Assembly: GCA_965287045.1 (NCBI GenBank)
Contig: OZ336870.1
Coordinates: 156,178,001 to 156,242,000 of the forward strand
Length of the DNA stretch: 64,000 nt
Reading direction: 5' to 3'
Source: Carcharhinus amblyrhynchos
Lineage: Eukaryota
In this document: positions 26,063 through 40,382 of the stretch, piece by piece
Numbering within the stretch: position 1 is the first letter of the stretch
How the letters are laid out: each line of letters opens with the position of its first letter
Notes under the pieces: generated by a model
The model's input: only the letters and a program-made list of their open reading frames with translations
The model's database searches: none
Told to the model about the DNA's origin: nothing
Program-made: the position numbers and the translations under genes

Positions 26063-27582
26063 GGCTCTTCGACTTGTTCCCTCCATCACCACCCCACCTC
26101 CACCATAATCTGATCCTGACACCAATTTATGCATTCAACTACCATGACCTGTGATCTCCCCAACTTGTGACCTCATCCCACCAATGTCCTTTGCAATCTC
26201 TTCCTTGCGTTCTCTCCCTCCACTTTCTCGCTTTTTTCTTTCTCTCTGATTCTCATCTGTGGTCTACTGCCACAGCCTTTCCTTCAGGACAGTTAACCAG
26301 CTTCTTAACTGGTGAGCTTTAAGCTGAGAAACAAAGAAAAAGATTCAGAAGATCTTCTGCTGTAAATTCGGCAGTATCACTCCATCCCCTACAGCTTGAG
26401 GTTTCCCAGCCACTAAATGTCAGCCCCACTGCTTTTTTGTCATGGAGCCATTGTCTGCATCTCTCTGTCTCTGTTTCTGACAGAACATTAAATAATTACA
26501 TTAGTATCTCAACTGCTCAATATTTCTAGATATTGTTGGTAACAGTAATCCATCTTAGACTTCAAAACTGACACACATTTATATCTTTTTTGGAAAGAAT
26601 TCCAGAGCTTCAATTCCCTTTATTTGAAAAAGCTTTTCCTGGTTTCATGTAAATAATCCAGTACTAATCTTAAGATCAAGGCTTACTGATCAGATAAGTT
26701 GCTTTATCATTCTGAGGTCAATTAGATTACCCGTCAATCATCTAAATTCATGCCAATACAAAACAAAATTGTGGAACTTGTTCTCATAATTTAATCACTT
26801 AAACGCTGATATAATTCTGGTGAACTTGCTCTGTACCCCTTCCAATGTCAATGCATGGAAACTTCAGCCATCCCCCATGGCGGGTTTGGTAGCAAAGGAG
26901 TGACATGTAAGGACCTTGTTAATTTCTCTCCTCCACTCCAATTAATGCACATTTAATGGCCTCATCTTGCCACCATACATATTTACACAGTGGCAGGCTG
27001 GGAGCTTGCCATGCAGGGAGCACAAAAGCAAACCTTGATATGTTTGTTTGTGGGCTCCCAGGGGTGATCCCTCATTCAAAATGTCTCTGACTGATTAAGG
27101 GACCCAATGTTGGGAAGGGGTGCCCTAATGAAAGGCAACCCCTGCCCTGGTTTAAGAACCAGCTTCCCGTTGACTCTCCTCTATCTCTCACTTGTGTCTG
27201 GGTCCCTCCTTGTTCCAAGCCCTCACGGGATGTAGTACCGGCCTTCAAGATAAAACTGCAGAGTACAGAAGATTATGGCCACTGATGGGCCAGCAGCTCT
27301 TGGCAGAAGAAATCTGGTCCCTCAGAAATCCTTGATCCCAGAGGAAGGCTCACTGCTTTCCTGTTAAATGGCTGTGTGGCACAAAGCCACTGAATCTTCT
27401 TGAAGAGAGGCAATGCAGGGGTCCCACCAACACCCCAGCTAGCTTTGATAACCCTTTTGTCTCCACAAGATTCTGTCCAAAATGTCTCTCTGAAATTCAA
27501 TACACAACACTGTCAAATTCCATTTGGAGTATTGTATTCAAAGGCTACCATTGGACTACTGATATAAGGGCACACAATCTAT

Positions 27583-28338
27583 TGTTGGGGATCTGATCAG
27601 AAACCCAGGGTACGTTATGAAGTTAGACTAGATTCCAATTTTTTTTTTAGGTAGAGGTGTTTCACTCCAAGTGTGATTTTATTGACACATCAAGAAGCTT
27701 TTATCAAAACAAACTTTACTTAACAATAGTTTAACTATAACAAATAAATTAGTTTAACTTTTACCAATTGAAATATTTAAACAAGGCAAGACACTTTTTA
27801 ACTGCTAGTCTATCTCTATTAGTTCCAATTCAAGCTATAGTCCTCTTATAGACTTAAACTCCTCTTCAAAATCAAGCAACACAGGCTTACATGTTAACTT
27901 GTTAACAGTCTTAGAGCCTTTGAACACTTCTGGAGAGGGAGCGAGAGACAGAGAGACACCTGCCTTCTGACACTCAACAGCAACTTTCAGAGAGAGTTAG
28001 AGACAGAGACACCTGTTGTTTCTTTTAGAACCAAACAGAAAATCACCACTTTTCCCTGTAAGCTTAAATCCCCCACTTTACATGAATGTGTAAATCAATC
28101 AACCTATCAATCAACTTAATCAAAACCCTCCTCTGAAACCCCAGAGGAAAAATCAAAAATAAACAAAAATGCATTAACTCATTAAAACAAACAGCCCATT
28201 ATCTAGGATCAATTATTAATCTGCATTCTCAGCCTGTGAGCTGCCTGGTGCAGACAAATCAGCACCATGTAAACAGAACTGAATTTTAAACATTCTCTTC
28301 ATAAGAAACATAAATACATTCCTTAAAGTATTGTCACA
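27583..28338. mobile_element. Solo LTR (756 bp)
   Basis: TGT...ACA termini, perfect 4-bp TSD ctat (27579-27582 / 28339-28342), no coding content. Confidence 0.7.
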
Positions 28339-29985
28339 CTATTATAAACGCAATTGTAACACAAAATGTATGACAAAAGTGACAACAGGATTTCTTTTCA
28401 TTCATTCACAGTGATGTTCACATGTGCTTGTTGGCCTTGATCAGAGGTTGGAAACCTTATTGAAGAATAATTTATAAAATTTATTTAAAAATGTAATGAT
28501 CAGGAGTTTCCCTAATATTGGCAAAAATCAAATCAGCTGGGAAAAGCAGTATAGAAGCTGCCGTCAGCAATAGTGGCTTTCTCCACCACATAGTTCAGCA
28601 CTTTGGGATAAAAAAGTTCAAGTCGTTTGTTCCATGACATATCGCTTGTGGCTAGTTACCCACCAGCAACTTAGAAGCATGAGGATCAGGGTGCCATTTT
28701 TGAGGCCCACCCCAGTGCACACGAGCAAACCAGTTCACCCTGACACTACCCTGGCACCCACTAGCATGGCCCAGGCACTGCTGCCTGGCAGTAACCAGCA
28801 ATACCCTGAGTCGGCCCAGGCTATATGCTATGGCAATACCTGGGCAGAGCACTCTTTCCCCTTGAGAGTTGTACTCACCTGAGCTCCTCTGGGAGGTCTG
28901 CTTGCCAAGCTGAGACCTGCCATGGTTCATATCGTTCAGATGTCATGTCACTGTGGATGGATTTTCTGACTGGGATGGGGGATGATTCCAGCACAGAGGC
29001 CTGATAATCATATGCTAATTTATTGTAATGATGTTCTCCATGTAGATCATCAAGCAATGTGTCCTGTCATCGATAGGGGAAGTGGACAATTGTGTCACAT
29101 ATCTTCGCTAACATAGCACCCGACTTTGCAATTATTGCGATATTTTCCACTCCCTTTGCCAAACCTGTCCAACATAAACGGGAGCAGAAAATCTCAGTCA
29201 ACATATTAAAAACTGCAATGCCATCACTCAAATCTCCACAATAATATACAGTTAAGTTACAGGTGTATTTTTATTCAATAAAATAATTATTGCTGGTATT
29301 TTGTTGATTATTTATTCCATTTAAGTATTTCATAATTAATACCAAATTTAACATTTTACAGTAATAAACAAAATTGAAGATATTATGGTGGCTAAAATGT
29401 TTTAACATGCTGAAAACTGGAGTTATTTACCTTTGCATAAATAAAAAGATGGGTGCAAAAAAATTTTTTTCCACCCCTGTTATCGGGGGAGGATGTGGGA
29501 ACGGCAGAGGGGATGGAGAATCGAGCAGCAGACAAAAAAAAATCAGCATTTATGCCAAGGGAATTTTCCCGGGCGATTATTCTCCTCCCTGTCCCTGTCA
29601 ATCACACAACGGAGATTGTGAATTTAAAAGTCGGGATTCCCTATTTATATCTTTGTGAATACGCATATCAGGTTGTTCCCTCATGTTGGATTGTTCATTC
29701 ACATCATCAAAAAGAATCACAAAAAGTCCGTCACGATGTGCATCCAGTGTACAGGACCTGCCAGAGGTGCACAGATGAGTGCAGCACTGCAGCCCATGGT
29801 GGGGAGGGAATGGAATTGTTGGTTCATGCCTGTCCTACCAGCAAATTGCGAGACATCCCCTTTCACATTTCTCCCCGCCAGTGTCAGAAAATGTGGCGGT
29901 AAAAGCCAGCAGAACAGCACTCTGCTTTTCCCACCCGAACTGAAAAACATTGGAAAATTTCACCCAATAACTTCAGTGCATTTTC

Positions 29986-30195
29986 ATAGAAATCCTACAA
30001 TGCAGAAGGAGGCCATTCAGCCCATCGAGCTTGCACCAACAACAATCTCACCTAGGCCTTATCCCCGTAATCCCACATATTTACCCCACAAAACCTACAT
30101 ATCCTGGGACACTAAGGGACAATTTAGCATAGCCAATGCCCCTAACCTACATGGACTGTGGGAGGAATCTGGAGTACCCGGAGGAAACCCACATT
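29986..30195 (-). mobile_element. Partial HE1-type V-SINE
   Basis: catagaaatcctacaatgcagaaggaggccattc...gaggaaacccac. Confidence 0.75.
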
Positions 30196-30549
30196 GAACA
30201 TTCTCCCCCTGTCCATCTCCATACCAACAGTGTCAACCCAGGTCCTTTTCTGCGGGTTCAACCAATCAAGATCGGGAGCCGCATATAATTTCTTAATGTC
30301 CAACCGTGATCTATTCAGTAAAGGTCATTGATTTGGGAGATGCTGTTGAAGATACCCTTGTTGAGTTGCAACAGTATCTTTTGCACAAATGCTGGATAAG
30401 TGGTTGTGTAAGGTGGATGTCAGATTAAGTAGGTAGAAGTATAGGCGTGTGTACTACATCTGCTTAGTTTGCTTCTGAAATGCACTGGTAATTTTTAATC
30501 TGTAAACTTCCTTGTGGACAATTTTACTAGTTGTTGACCTGTCTGTTTT

Positions 30550-30697
30550 CATGATGTGGAAGTGCCGGTGTTGGACTGGGATGGAACAGTTAGAAATCTT
30601 GCAACATCAACACTCCATCACTTGATGAAAGAGCAATGCTCCAGAAGCTCATGATTCTAATTAAACCTGTTGATCTTGTTGTGAGACCTCTTACTGG
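30550..30697 (-). mobile_element. Decayed Penelope-like palindromic insert
   Basis: Reverse tail catgatgtggaagtgccggtgttggactggg; degenerate hammerhead ttgatga.agagcaatgctcc.agaagctc. Confidence 0.65.
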
Positions 30698-30842
30698 ATC
30701 TATTTTTAACTCTTGTTGTCTTAACAAAGGAATTTGTTAAGCAAGCCACTATCCAAGGAAATGAAACTGCTACGTGATTACTTTAAGTTAGTTATTCATT
30801 CCAAGACAATACACTGATTGACTTGTTCTTTTTTGTTAACAG

Positions 30843-30957
30843 TTGGAGGATGATATTGTAGCAACACCTAACTACTTGCAAACCATGATAAACTTTGCAC
30901 AACAGCAACCTTCTGATGACTGGATGACCTTGGAGTTTTCGCAACTTGGATTTATTG
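30843..30957 (+). CDS. MGAT4B-like: MGAT4-family exon, [38 protein letters not shown](G), containing the EDD metal-binding motif
   Basis: ttttttgttaacag acceptor, GTAAGA donor; 115 nt (38 codons +1); matches MGAT4[40 protein letters not shown]. Confidence 0.95.
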
Positions 30958-32949
30958 GTAAGAATGTTCATAATTAGATTTTTCATAATCTAAATAAATT
31001 TCATTTGGGAACAAATTTTCAGAAAATATCTGACCTATAAGTAACTATATCCTGGAATATTACAAATGTATTAACGTCTTATTATAAATGATCTAACATT
31101 GAGTAAAACATAGTACCTTATAGAATATTAACTTTTAATGTACTTTGCCACACAAATTTTAGATTTACAAATGGTAATATCATCATGTAAACAGCCTTCA
31201 TGTGTTCTTTATTTTAAAATTGCTTAAAATTATGACATAATATACTCTAATTCACAAATTACTTTCAGGGATTTCTTAAAAATTTGAAATCTCTTTCAAG
31301 CACTGGTATTTCTCCTTTTTTAAAATTCTTTTCACGCATTCTCTTTCAATTTGTTCTTTGGGGATTAATGCAGCTGTTTGGTTTCAGAAGCACTAGTAAT
31401 TTTTAGGCATCCCAACCAATGAGTAATTCTTCATATGGCGCCAAGACAGTGGGAGAAATTTTGACTCCATGCTCTCCATCTATGGGAATGGCGGAGCGCA
31501 CTCAATATCCGGAGAGACTTGGAAAGCATAATTCATGCTGGCAAGTTTCCAAGTTCCAATCTTCCAGCCCCCTCACTGGCGAAGTAGTGTGAAACACATT
31601 GCGGGACCCCAGGCAGCTCATTTTAATACATTAGCCATGTCATTAGCGAGCGCTCTCTCCTGGACTTCCACCCTCACCGGATATTCAGCGGGCACCAGCG
31701 TGACATCATGCTGGCACCATTTACAACAGGTTCACCTAGACATGAACCTGTCGTGGGGGTTGAACCCGCAGAAGAGCACGAAGGTGAGTATAGCCCTGGA
31801 GGAGAGGGACACTGTAAAAAGTCTGACAACACTGCCAGACAGTGGCCTGGCAATGTCCCTTGGCACTATCTTGGCAGGGGTGTCCCCCCTGTATGATGAC
31901 ATGAAACACACCCCCTTGATTTTTTTTTTGGCAGTGTCATAAGATCTCGAGAGAAAATCAGCATGTTTCTCTGGGAGCACACCATTTTTCTTGATGGTAA
32001 CAACTCTCTGCTGTTTTTTGGTAACATTCCCCCCAGTGTTACCTGCCACTAGATACATGACAACACATCACAGTCAAGCTCAATAGCCACACATGCTTTC
32101 AGCAGACATTACTGAATGGCAGTTGGAAATGTGAACTTAGGCTGATATTGCCTTTTTTGTTTACAGCTACTAAACCCATTTGTACATCTGCACTGTCTTT
32201 CACAGTTGTTGTCAGCTAAATCAGATTTGGTTCAGGTTTGGTTTATACAGTGCAGCGCTGGGCATTGCATCAATTAATTTGAGACACAGAGGAACTTTAC
32301 CCCTGTTATGTACAATAATGCTTTAGCGCAAGGATAAAAAAGCATTCAATTTTTCAGGCAGGTTTAGTTTGAGATTTTATCATCATCCTGATATTAATTT
32401 TGGCTTTTTTTGGCATAAGGGTGCCATACAATGTGATGGGATTAAGTTCACGGTAAATTATCCCCTTCTAGTTTTAAAACTTCAGGTTTATTCAAAATTA
32501 ACTTACTTTTGTTCAAAATTAGCTGCACAATTTCAATTCAACAAAATAATTCAATGATTAGTAACAAAGCAGTGATGACCTTCTGCCACTGCATTGCCTC
32601 AGTCCACCAGAAGTGTGTACTTCTGATTAAATTACGCCAACGTAGCAGCAGCAAATCTGCTGAAATTCAGGGCTACTAACTTTTACTGTTCTATTCATTG
32701 AACAAACAAGTCCATTTATGCTGAATCTTTCTGCAGGTTAAAGCAAAGGATATCAGAATGTTGCAGTGGAATGTATTTTTCAATTTTGCCACATGATAGT
32801 AGATTGGATGTAGCTGCATCAGGTCTGGTATAGCACAGTTGTAAAACAAAATACATCTTTAATTTGCCTCATCAACACACTTTACACCCAGTGCTAGTGT
32901 AAACGTTCTCTACCACACTGAACCATTCCACCTCTTACACAAAAAAAAT

Positions 32950-34372
32950 TGGCTGGTAAAATCATAGAAAATCCAAAGATGTTTTGCCAATACATTAAAA
33001 GCAAGAGAATAATGAAGGAAAAGGTAGGACTTATCAGAGATACACATGGTAACGTGTGAGTCGATTCAGGTGTGGGCAGGCTTCTCAATGGGTACTTTGT
33101 GTGTTTATTAAGGAGAAGAGGGATGATTCAGACATTCTAGTTAAAGAGGAGGCGTGTGAGACATTAGATACAATAAGCTTAGTGAAAGAATAAGTACTGG
33201 AGGAACTGACATTTTTGAAGGTATATAAATCACCAGGGCCAAATGGCTTGTATTCCAAGGCTGCTGATGGAAGCCAGGGAGCAAGTAGCAGATGCTAGGA
33301 GGATCATTTTCTAATCTTCATTAGATACAGATGAGGTACTAGAGGATTGGAAGTCTGTGAATGTGTACCATTATTTTAAAAAAAGGTACAAGGGATTGGC
33401 CAGAAAGCTATATGTCTAACTTCAGTAGTTATTATTGGAAACAATTCTGAGACAGGATAAGCTTGTCACTTAGAAAGGCATGGACTTATCAGGAATAGTG
33501 TGGTTTTGTTAGAGGAAGATCTTATCTTACTAACTGAATAGAACTTTTTGAGGAAGGACTAAGGAGAATTGATGATGGTAGTTCAATGGATATTGTCCAC
33601 ATGGATTTCAAAAAGGCATTTGACAAGTTCCCACATGGCAGGCTGGTCATAAAAGTGAGATCTTGTGGAATGCAGGGGTAGGTGACAGGTTGGAGTCAAA
33701 ATTGTTTCCTATTACTGAACAAAAGTGTTGATGGACAAATGGAAAAGCTTCCAGTGGTGTTCCACAGGACTCAATGTTGGGGTTCTTGCTGTTTGATGTA
33801 TATGCTAATGATTTAGACTTAAATGTGGGTGGCATGACTAGGAAATTTGCAGATAGCACAAAAAATGGCCTTATTGTTGATAGTGAAAAGAATAGCTGTC
33901 GATTCCAAAATGATATCAATGGTTTGATTGAGTGGGCAGAGAGTGGCAAATAGAATTCAATCTGGAAAAGTGTGAAAAGAAATGCATTTGGGAAGGACAA
34001 ACAAAGAAGGGGAATACTCAATAAACAGAATATATTGAGAGGGGTTGAGGAAGTGAAAGACATTGGAGTAGATGTCCACAGGTCCTTGAAGTTGGTAGGA
34101 CAGGTGGACAAGAAAATTTATGGAATGCTTTCCTTTATTGGGCAAGATATTGAACAAGGATGTAATGATCGAACTGTATAAAACACTGGTTAGGCCATAG
34201 CTGGAATTTTATGTACAGTTCTGATCACCACTTTACAAGAAGGACATATTTGCTCTGGAGAAAGTACAAAAGAGATTTACAAAAAAATGTTGCCAGAGCT
34301 TAAAAATTGCTGCAATATGGAGAGATTGGATAGACTAGGGTTGTTTTCCTTAGGAGATTAAGGAGTGACCTC
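32950..34372 (+). mobile_element. Degraded CR1 ORF2 fragment
   Basis: NPKMFCQYIKSKR, KSPGP, MDFKKAFDK.PH, SGVPQ.S.LG, KFAD.TK remnants. Confidence 0.85.
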
Positions 34373-35473
34373 TGCTCAGAATGGACCAGGCAAACCCCAA
34401 TCCATTTCTTGCTTGCTCCAAAATCCAAATTCAAAAACCAATTGAATCCACTTCAAGGTTCCCACAAGGGAGACAAACAAGAATCAAAGCGGATAAGATG
34501 AGACATTGTACCTCATCTTGAGCTTGATCTGACACTTTTCAAAAGGCCGGAAAGTGTACAAAAATATGAGGGGCCGAGAGAGGACAGACAGTCACTCCGG
34601 AAATTCCCCCCTCACTGAATATTCAGCAGGTGTCATTTACAACAGGTCTAAAGGTGAACCTGGTAACCTCACGTCTAAGGGGGATTTCAGAGGTGAAGAC
34701 ACAGGCTGCTATCACCCTTTCATGTGTTGAATGCTCAGGGGGCACCATTGAGGAAATGAGGGACACAAATGAGTTGACCTCAGGGCCAGGGGTGAGGTTC
34801 ACGATCATGGATTCAGGGAAGGGGTGCTGTGCAGGCCTTACCTTTCCCTTATGTTGGGTCACCCCTTGCTTTGAGGGGACTTGGTAGCTAACATGCAGGC
34901 AGTGCTTCCTGTGTCCTCCTCACCAAATTGTCATTGAGTGAATGCCCTTCTTTGGTGAGAACTTGGTAATGGGTGGAAGGAGGTTAATCCAGAGTGTCAG
35001 TACTAGGGGCAACTACAAGGTCCCTGGGTGCAGTTCTGCAAGAGGCCAGGCTGTAAAGGCAGTGTGGGGGTCTCACTAATGGGGTGCTTTCCTGCCTCAT
35101 AAGGTATGAATAGCCTCTCAGTTGGGGGAGGGAAACTGCAAGTCCGTTTTGAACCCCACCCTCAGGCAATTGTCGGAGGCCAAAGGAGTTGAGCTGCATG
35201 GAAGTTCAAATCCACTTCTCAGGAAAGCTGGGTGTTAGGAATAAGCTTTGGAGTGTATGGCTAGGGCTAATGGAAGGCTCTTCAACTCTATAGCCCTTGG
35301 GACCTCAGAGAATGAGGGTTGTGCTTGATATGCTAATTATACTCTTAACAGGAATCAGTTGTGCCTTGTCAACCATAAGAAGCTAGTTGACAGAACAACC
35401 TCACCTTTCCTTGACTAGTCAATCCTGCTGATTAAATCACCAGAGTCACTGGTTAGAGCTTTGTTCCTGAGCA
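34373..35473. mobile_element. LTR-like 1.1-kb element
   Basis: Termini TGCTCAG...CTGAGCA (inverted, TG..CA); abruptly truncates the CR1; no clear TSD. Confidence 0.4.
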
Positions 35474-38400
35474 TTTGGAACCCCCAGGGCATCAACATCC
35501 AAAGATATGCAGGTTAGGTGGATTGGCCATGGTAAATGCACAGGATAGGCAGGGACAAAGACACAATTGGGCCAAGTCTAATCCCAAATGTCACTATGTT
35601 GGGGATTTGCACCTTTGCATTCTCCGGGTGCCACAAGTTCTGGGACAATGTAATGCTTAATTCAAAATTTTTATTTATTCTTGGGACATGGACAATACTA
35701 GCAAATATTGTCCTTTCCTAATTGCCCTGATATTTGAGTTTAGTTGGATATTCCAATTGGAATAAAATGCACAGTTATATCACTGTTCTGTTATTTAAAA
35801 ACACGCACAAAGCATCCCATAATGAATTTTCCTGTGCATGCAACATTAATGAAAATTCCCTTAACATTGATTTATGAGGACAGTTTAGTAATCAAATTAT
35901 TCTTAATCTTTGTTCACAGAGCAAGTGCGTGATTCTGTGTTTGTTATTGTCTTAAAGAAAATGGTAACTGTTATTAATATCAGAAACGTTACTTCACAGG
36001 ATCTTTGTGCTACAAGACAAAAGGGCTTTACTGTATTTCAGAACTTGGAGTAGAATTTAGTTTGCAGTAATGATATCAAGTTTCAGACATTTGTACAGCC
36101 TCAATTGGCTTGCAGCTTTTAAGAAGCTCATCATTGTTGTCAGCCTGAAGAATTGAATGCTGATATTTGAGCCATGCTGACAAAGTTTTCTTTGCTATTG
36201 AGACGTTTAAAACTGTTCTTATTAAGCAGGATGCCAATTCAAAGATCTTAGAGATGTTTGCGTCTTGACTGAATCTAAATGTAAAATTTGGTCTTTACCA
36301 TAGATAATAAAATCATAAAGAAATTACTGCCAATAGTATGAATAACGTAACGAAGGGAAGATCAGCTGTTAAATGTAATGTTATTTAATGTAATGTTGGG
36401 GGGATTATCTGGACACTTCACGCAAATCCCGTACGGCCAGAAACTCTCACTTGAGGGTCATAATGGGATCTGCGCCAGCGAATCTCAGAATGAGCTCTTC
36501 CTACCTCCACCATCACCACCACCAGTGACATAATTAGTTTCATGCCCTTTTTGGGCATGAACCTAATTTGAATAAATTTAAATCAATTAAAATCTGATTT
36601 AGCGGTGTATTAGCCAGGAATGTTTGATGTTCCCACTTGCCAGTATATTGCTCTGTAGCAATCAAGATGACCATGCCAGATTACCACTGCCAAGGGCTGG
36701 AGCAAGGGGGTGAGGCCAGCAGCCAGAACCATAGTAGGCATTCCCATTCGAGGACAGGGGTGTGCGATGCCCTGATGCCAGCGATTAAGAGAGTGGCTGA
36801 TGCCGGCAACTGAGGCGGGGGGAGGGGGGCTCCGATTCCCCGAAGACCAATGCTGGTGTGGATTGGGAGAGGGGATGTCACCCTGTTGTTTGCATGGTTT
36901 GGTGTGGGGTGGCCCTAACTTTTAGTGGTGGGAGGGAGGTTGGCACTGTATGGTAGAGGGTTGGGTGTCTTCCATTTGTTTGTGGGGTGTCCCAATGTCA
37001 GTGGGGGGAGAGAGCCTGTCCCCACACTTTGAGATCAGGGTGCCCTTGAGCCGGGCTTGCCAGTGTCTTTAGGCCCTGTCCCCCACTTGCTTGGGGAGCA
37101 AAGGTAGAGGGACAGTTCAGCTTCGACACCCCCATCCTAGCTGAAAGTGGTGCGGTCAACCCTTTCCCCTATCCGAACCCACCTAACCCCCAGGACTCTT
37201 GAGGGATCTTTCCTTTGCAGCCTGGCAGCTACAGAGGGACAGATGGCGCAGGACTTACCTCCTCAAACGCTCAGGCCAAAGTGACTGCCAGGGGTGCCAG
37301 AGGGCAATGCACCAAAGGCACTGCTATGTTGCATGGCCTTAAGAGGAAGGGGCCTGAGTTGAGGGTTGGGTTAGACAAACCTTATGCCTGCATGGTGTGG
37401 GTGGGGAGAATACCTCTCATCGTTGAGACGTTGGTGGTGCTACTTCAACTCCCAGGGTCCAACAGGCTGAGGACCTGTAGGAAAGTCCACCTGTGCAAAT
37501 CCTGCTCGAGTGGTGGGTGAATAGCGAGGCCATTTGACTCGGTCTGCAAGCCCACTAATTATATTTAAATGTGTGGGCTTGAATATGCATCAGATTCCCA
37601 CCTGCTCGAGCAGGAACCCAATCAGGGCTGGCAGCATGGCCTGGAAGGGTCACAGCGGGTTTGGTTCCTGACTCAAAACCTGCTTTGCTGCCTCCTCCCG
37701 ATTCACCAGGCCATCACAATTCGTGATTGGAGCGAGCAGGCCCAGAGAATACCCCCTCTGCCATTTTTTGGGAAAATTCCATTTTTTTAATTGGATATTT
37801 GTTTACTGATTAACTAAGCACTTAGAAATTCAGCATCTTGCTCTCATGCCCACATGCCTGTCCTTGGCCTGCTCCAGTGAAGCTCACAGCAAGCTGGAGG
37901 AGCAGCATCTCGTCTTACTTTTGAGCATGTTGCAGTCCTTGGGACTCAGTGTTGAGTTCAGTCGCTTTAAAGTGTGACCTTTCACCTCCATCTTAAACCC
38001 CTTTTTAATTAGATATCCCATGCATGTATTGCCACAATCAAACCCTTCCCCCTCCCATACCAGGTCATCTGGATTTTGTTCTGAAAGTTGCTACTTTTTG
38101 TTGCATTCTCCCACAGTTCTAACATGTTCTCCCTCCTTTTAGTTCTGACAAAGAGACAAAGGATTCGAACGATTAACTTTGTTTTCTCTCTTTACAAATG
38201 CTGCCAGATCTGCTGAGTTTTTCCAGCATCCTCTGTTCTTGTGCCAGCACATAATATATATCTTGTTTTCCACATATACTTCATTCTTTGCATTTATTAA
38301 TGTACCTGTGTTTTCTTAATTTAATATGGGGTCTGATGCCACAAAACACTCGACCAGTTGGTGTATTTCAGATGACCATAGTACTCAAGGCTGCAATATC

Positions 38401-38814
38401 ATTTTCATAGTTGATCACTCTAATTCAATTTGGATGACATTTTGAAAGGCTACTAAGCATCACAGGCTCTCTTGTTCACTGGAGAAGAAAAATAACCAGC
38501 AAAACCTACACATCATTTATATTAAAATCAAAGGAGAATATTTTTCCGCCCTGACTTGAAGTGGCTTGAAGTGCAGTTTGCCTCACAGCCAAGGATTTAG
38601 CAAAAAGGGAAAAACCTTGTCCCATTTTGTTAAATAACTAATCTGATTTTATAAAAGTATATTTATTTATTATTTTATTATTTATTTAATGTTTTCTTGA
38701 GCCAACACTTTCACTTACGATTATGTTTCAATTGATATGGGTAGCAGAACCTCTCGCTAAAGAACAGAGTAACAAATTAAAATTGTTTTCCCTCTTGTTT
38801 ACTGTCTGATTTAG

Positions 38815-38945
38815 GAAAGTTGTTCAAGTCTCCTGACCTGACGCTGATCGTAGAATTTATTATCATGTTCTACAAGGACAAGCCAATAGACTGGTTACTG
38901 GATCACTTACTGTGGGTGAAAGTATGCAATCCTGAGAAAGATGCT
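38815..38945 (+). CDS. MGAT4B-like: MGAT4-family exon, (G)[43 protein letters not shown]
   Basis: gatttag acceptor, GTAAGT donor; 131 nt (2+43 codons); [21 protein letters not shown] is a hallmark of MGAT4A/B/D. Confidence 0.95.
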
Positions 38946-39789
38946 GTAAGTTAATTTCTCTTTCATGGTCAGTCGCTGAAATAGCAGCAATGAAACCTGT
39001 AATTATCATGTTTCTGCCTGTATATCAATTAATCACAGTTTGAATATTAGAAGCTGCATGGCACTTTCACTCTATGTTGAGGACAGTTAAGATTGATGAA
39101 GGATAGTTAACTATTTCACTGTTATGATGACAGGCAAACAACAAATAATGCTTTGTAAGGCATTAATATGATAGCAATCTATTATGCTGAGCTTCTACAA
39201 TAGCAACATATTCATTGGGAAAATGACCAACTCTCCATTCTTTACTGCACTTCATTCAGCCAACTTACTTTCAAGTTGCAATTTTTTTTATTTTCCATCC
39301 AGTTTTTGCCTTTCTTCTCACAGTGACGATTTCTGTTAGGGTGCAGATTCCAGATATTCAGGTAATCCTGATTGCCAGAGGAAACCATTTTCATGCGTAA
39401 GGTGGTTATTGGACTGTGTAAAATAGCACAGACTCCAGTCCTGCCTTCATCCAAACGTCAGAATATCATGCTGATTACCCATGATCCACTTCAGGCAAGT
39501 GAAGCTCCAGCTTTGCAGCACATTGTGTAAAACGTTCTTAGATCGGCAGGTAAATGTTTGGCAGCACAGTGTCGATTTTGTTCAAAGAGATACAATTATA
39601 GTGATTTCTGTTGATATGCCATCACTTGAAAATTCAGTATTCCCAGATAGTTTATTACAAGGTCTGCATTAACAACACCATTTGCAGGTAGTCATATGTA
39701 GAATTCCAACCAAGGGTGATATTTTCCTCCCAGCACAAAGTTTAACAGATAAGTAGATGTGAGTAAACAGCATTGGTAGAAAATCACAG

Positions 39790-40215
39790 AAATCATAGAA
39801 TGTGAACAGCACCATTTTTGTGCTGACCCTTTGAAGAATCAGTTCATCTAGTATCTATCTCCTGCCTTTCCTGCAACCCTGCAAATTTTTTTTTTGGATA
39901 ATGATCCAGTTCCCTTTTGAAAGTCTCAATTGACCTTGACTCCACCAAACTTTCAGGCAGTGCATTTCCGATCCTAATCACTCTGCATAAAAGAAGGTTT
40001 TCCTCCCGTCACCATCACTTCTAATGTCAGTTATTTTAGATCTCTATCCTCTAGTTGCCAATCCATCCAACAGTTGGAACAATTCCTCTCGATCTACTCC
40101 ATCCAGACCCCTCATGATTCTGAATACTTGTATCATGTATTCTCTAAATGTTCCCTTTTCTAAGGAGAACTGTCCTAACTTTTCCAATTGTTCCGTGTAT
40201 CTGAAGTTTCTCATT
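39790..40215 (-). mobile_element. CR1 3' fragment
   Basis: RYTEQLEKLG.FSLEK...MIQVFRIMRGLDGVDREELF. Confidence 0.8.
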
Positions 40216-40382
40216 ACACTCCTCCAGGTCTGCTTCACAATGATCTTGACCTGCTGCACATTCCTCCCAATCAGCTTCACAGTCCTCATAATCTGTTGTA
40301 CACTCCTCCTGGTCATACGACAGACTCCATTCTATTTCATTCAGTCTTACTGCATGCTGAAATATGCTGGTAAAAATAAGAA

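Noticed and set aside
39242-39454. Minus-strand ORF with GRTGV, like MGAT4 GQGRTGVS
   Set aside because: Opposite strand and only a 5-residue match
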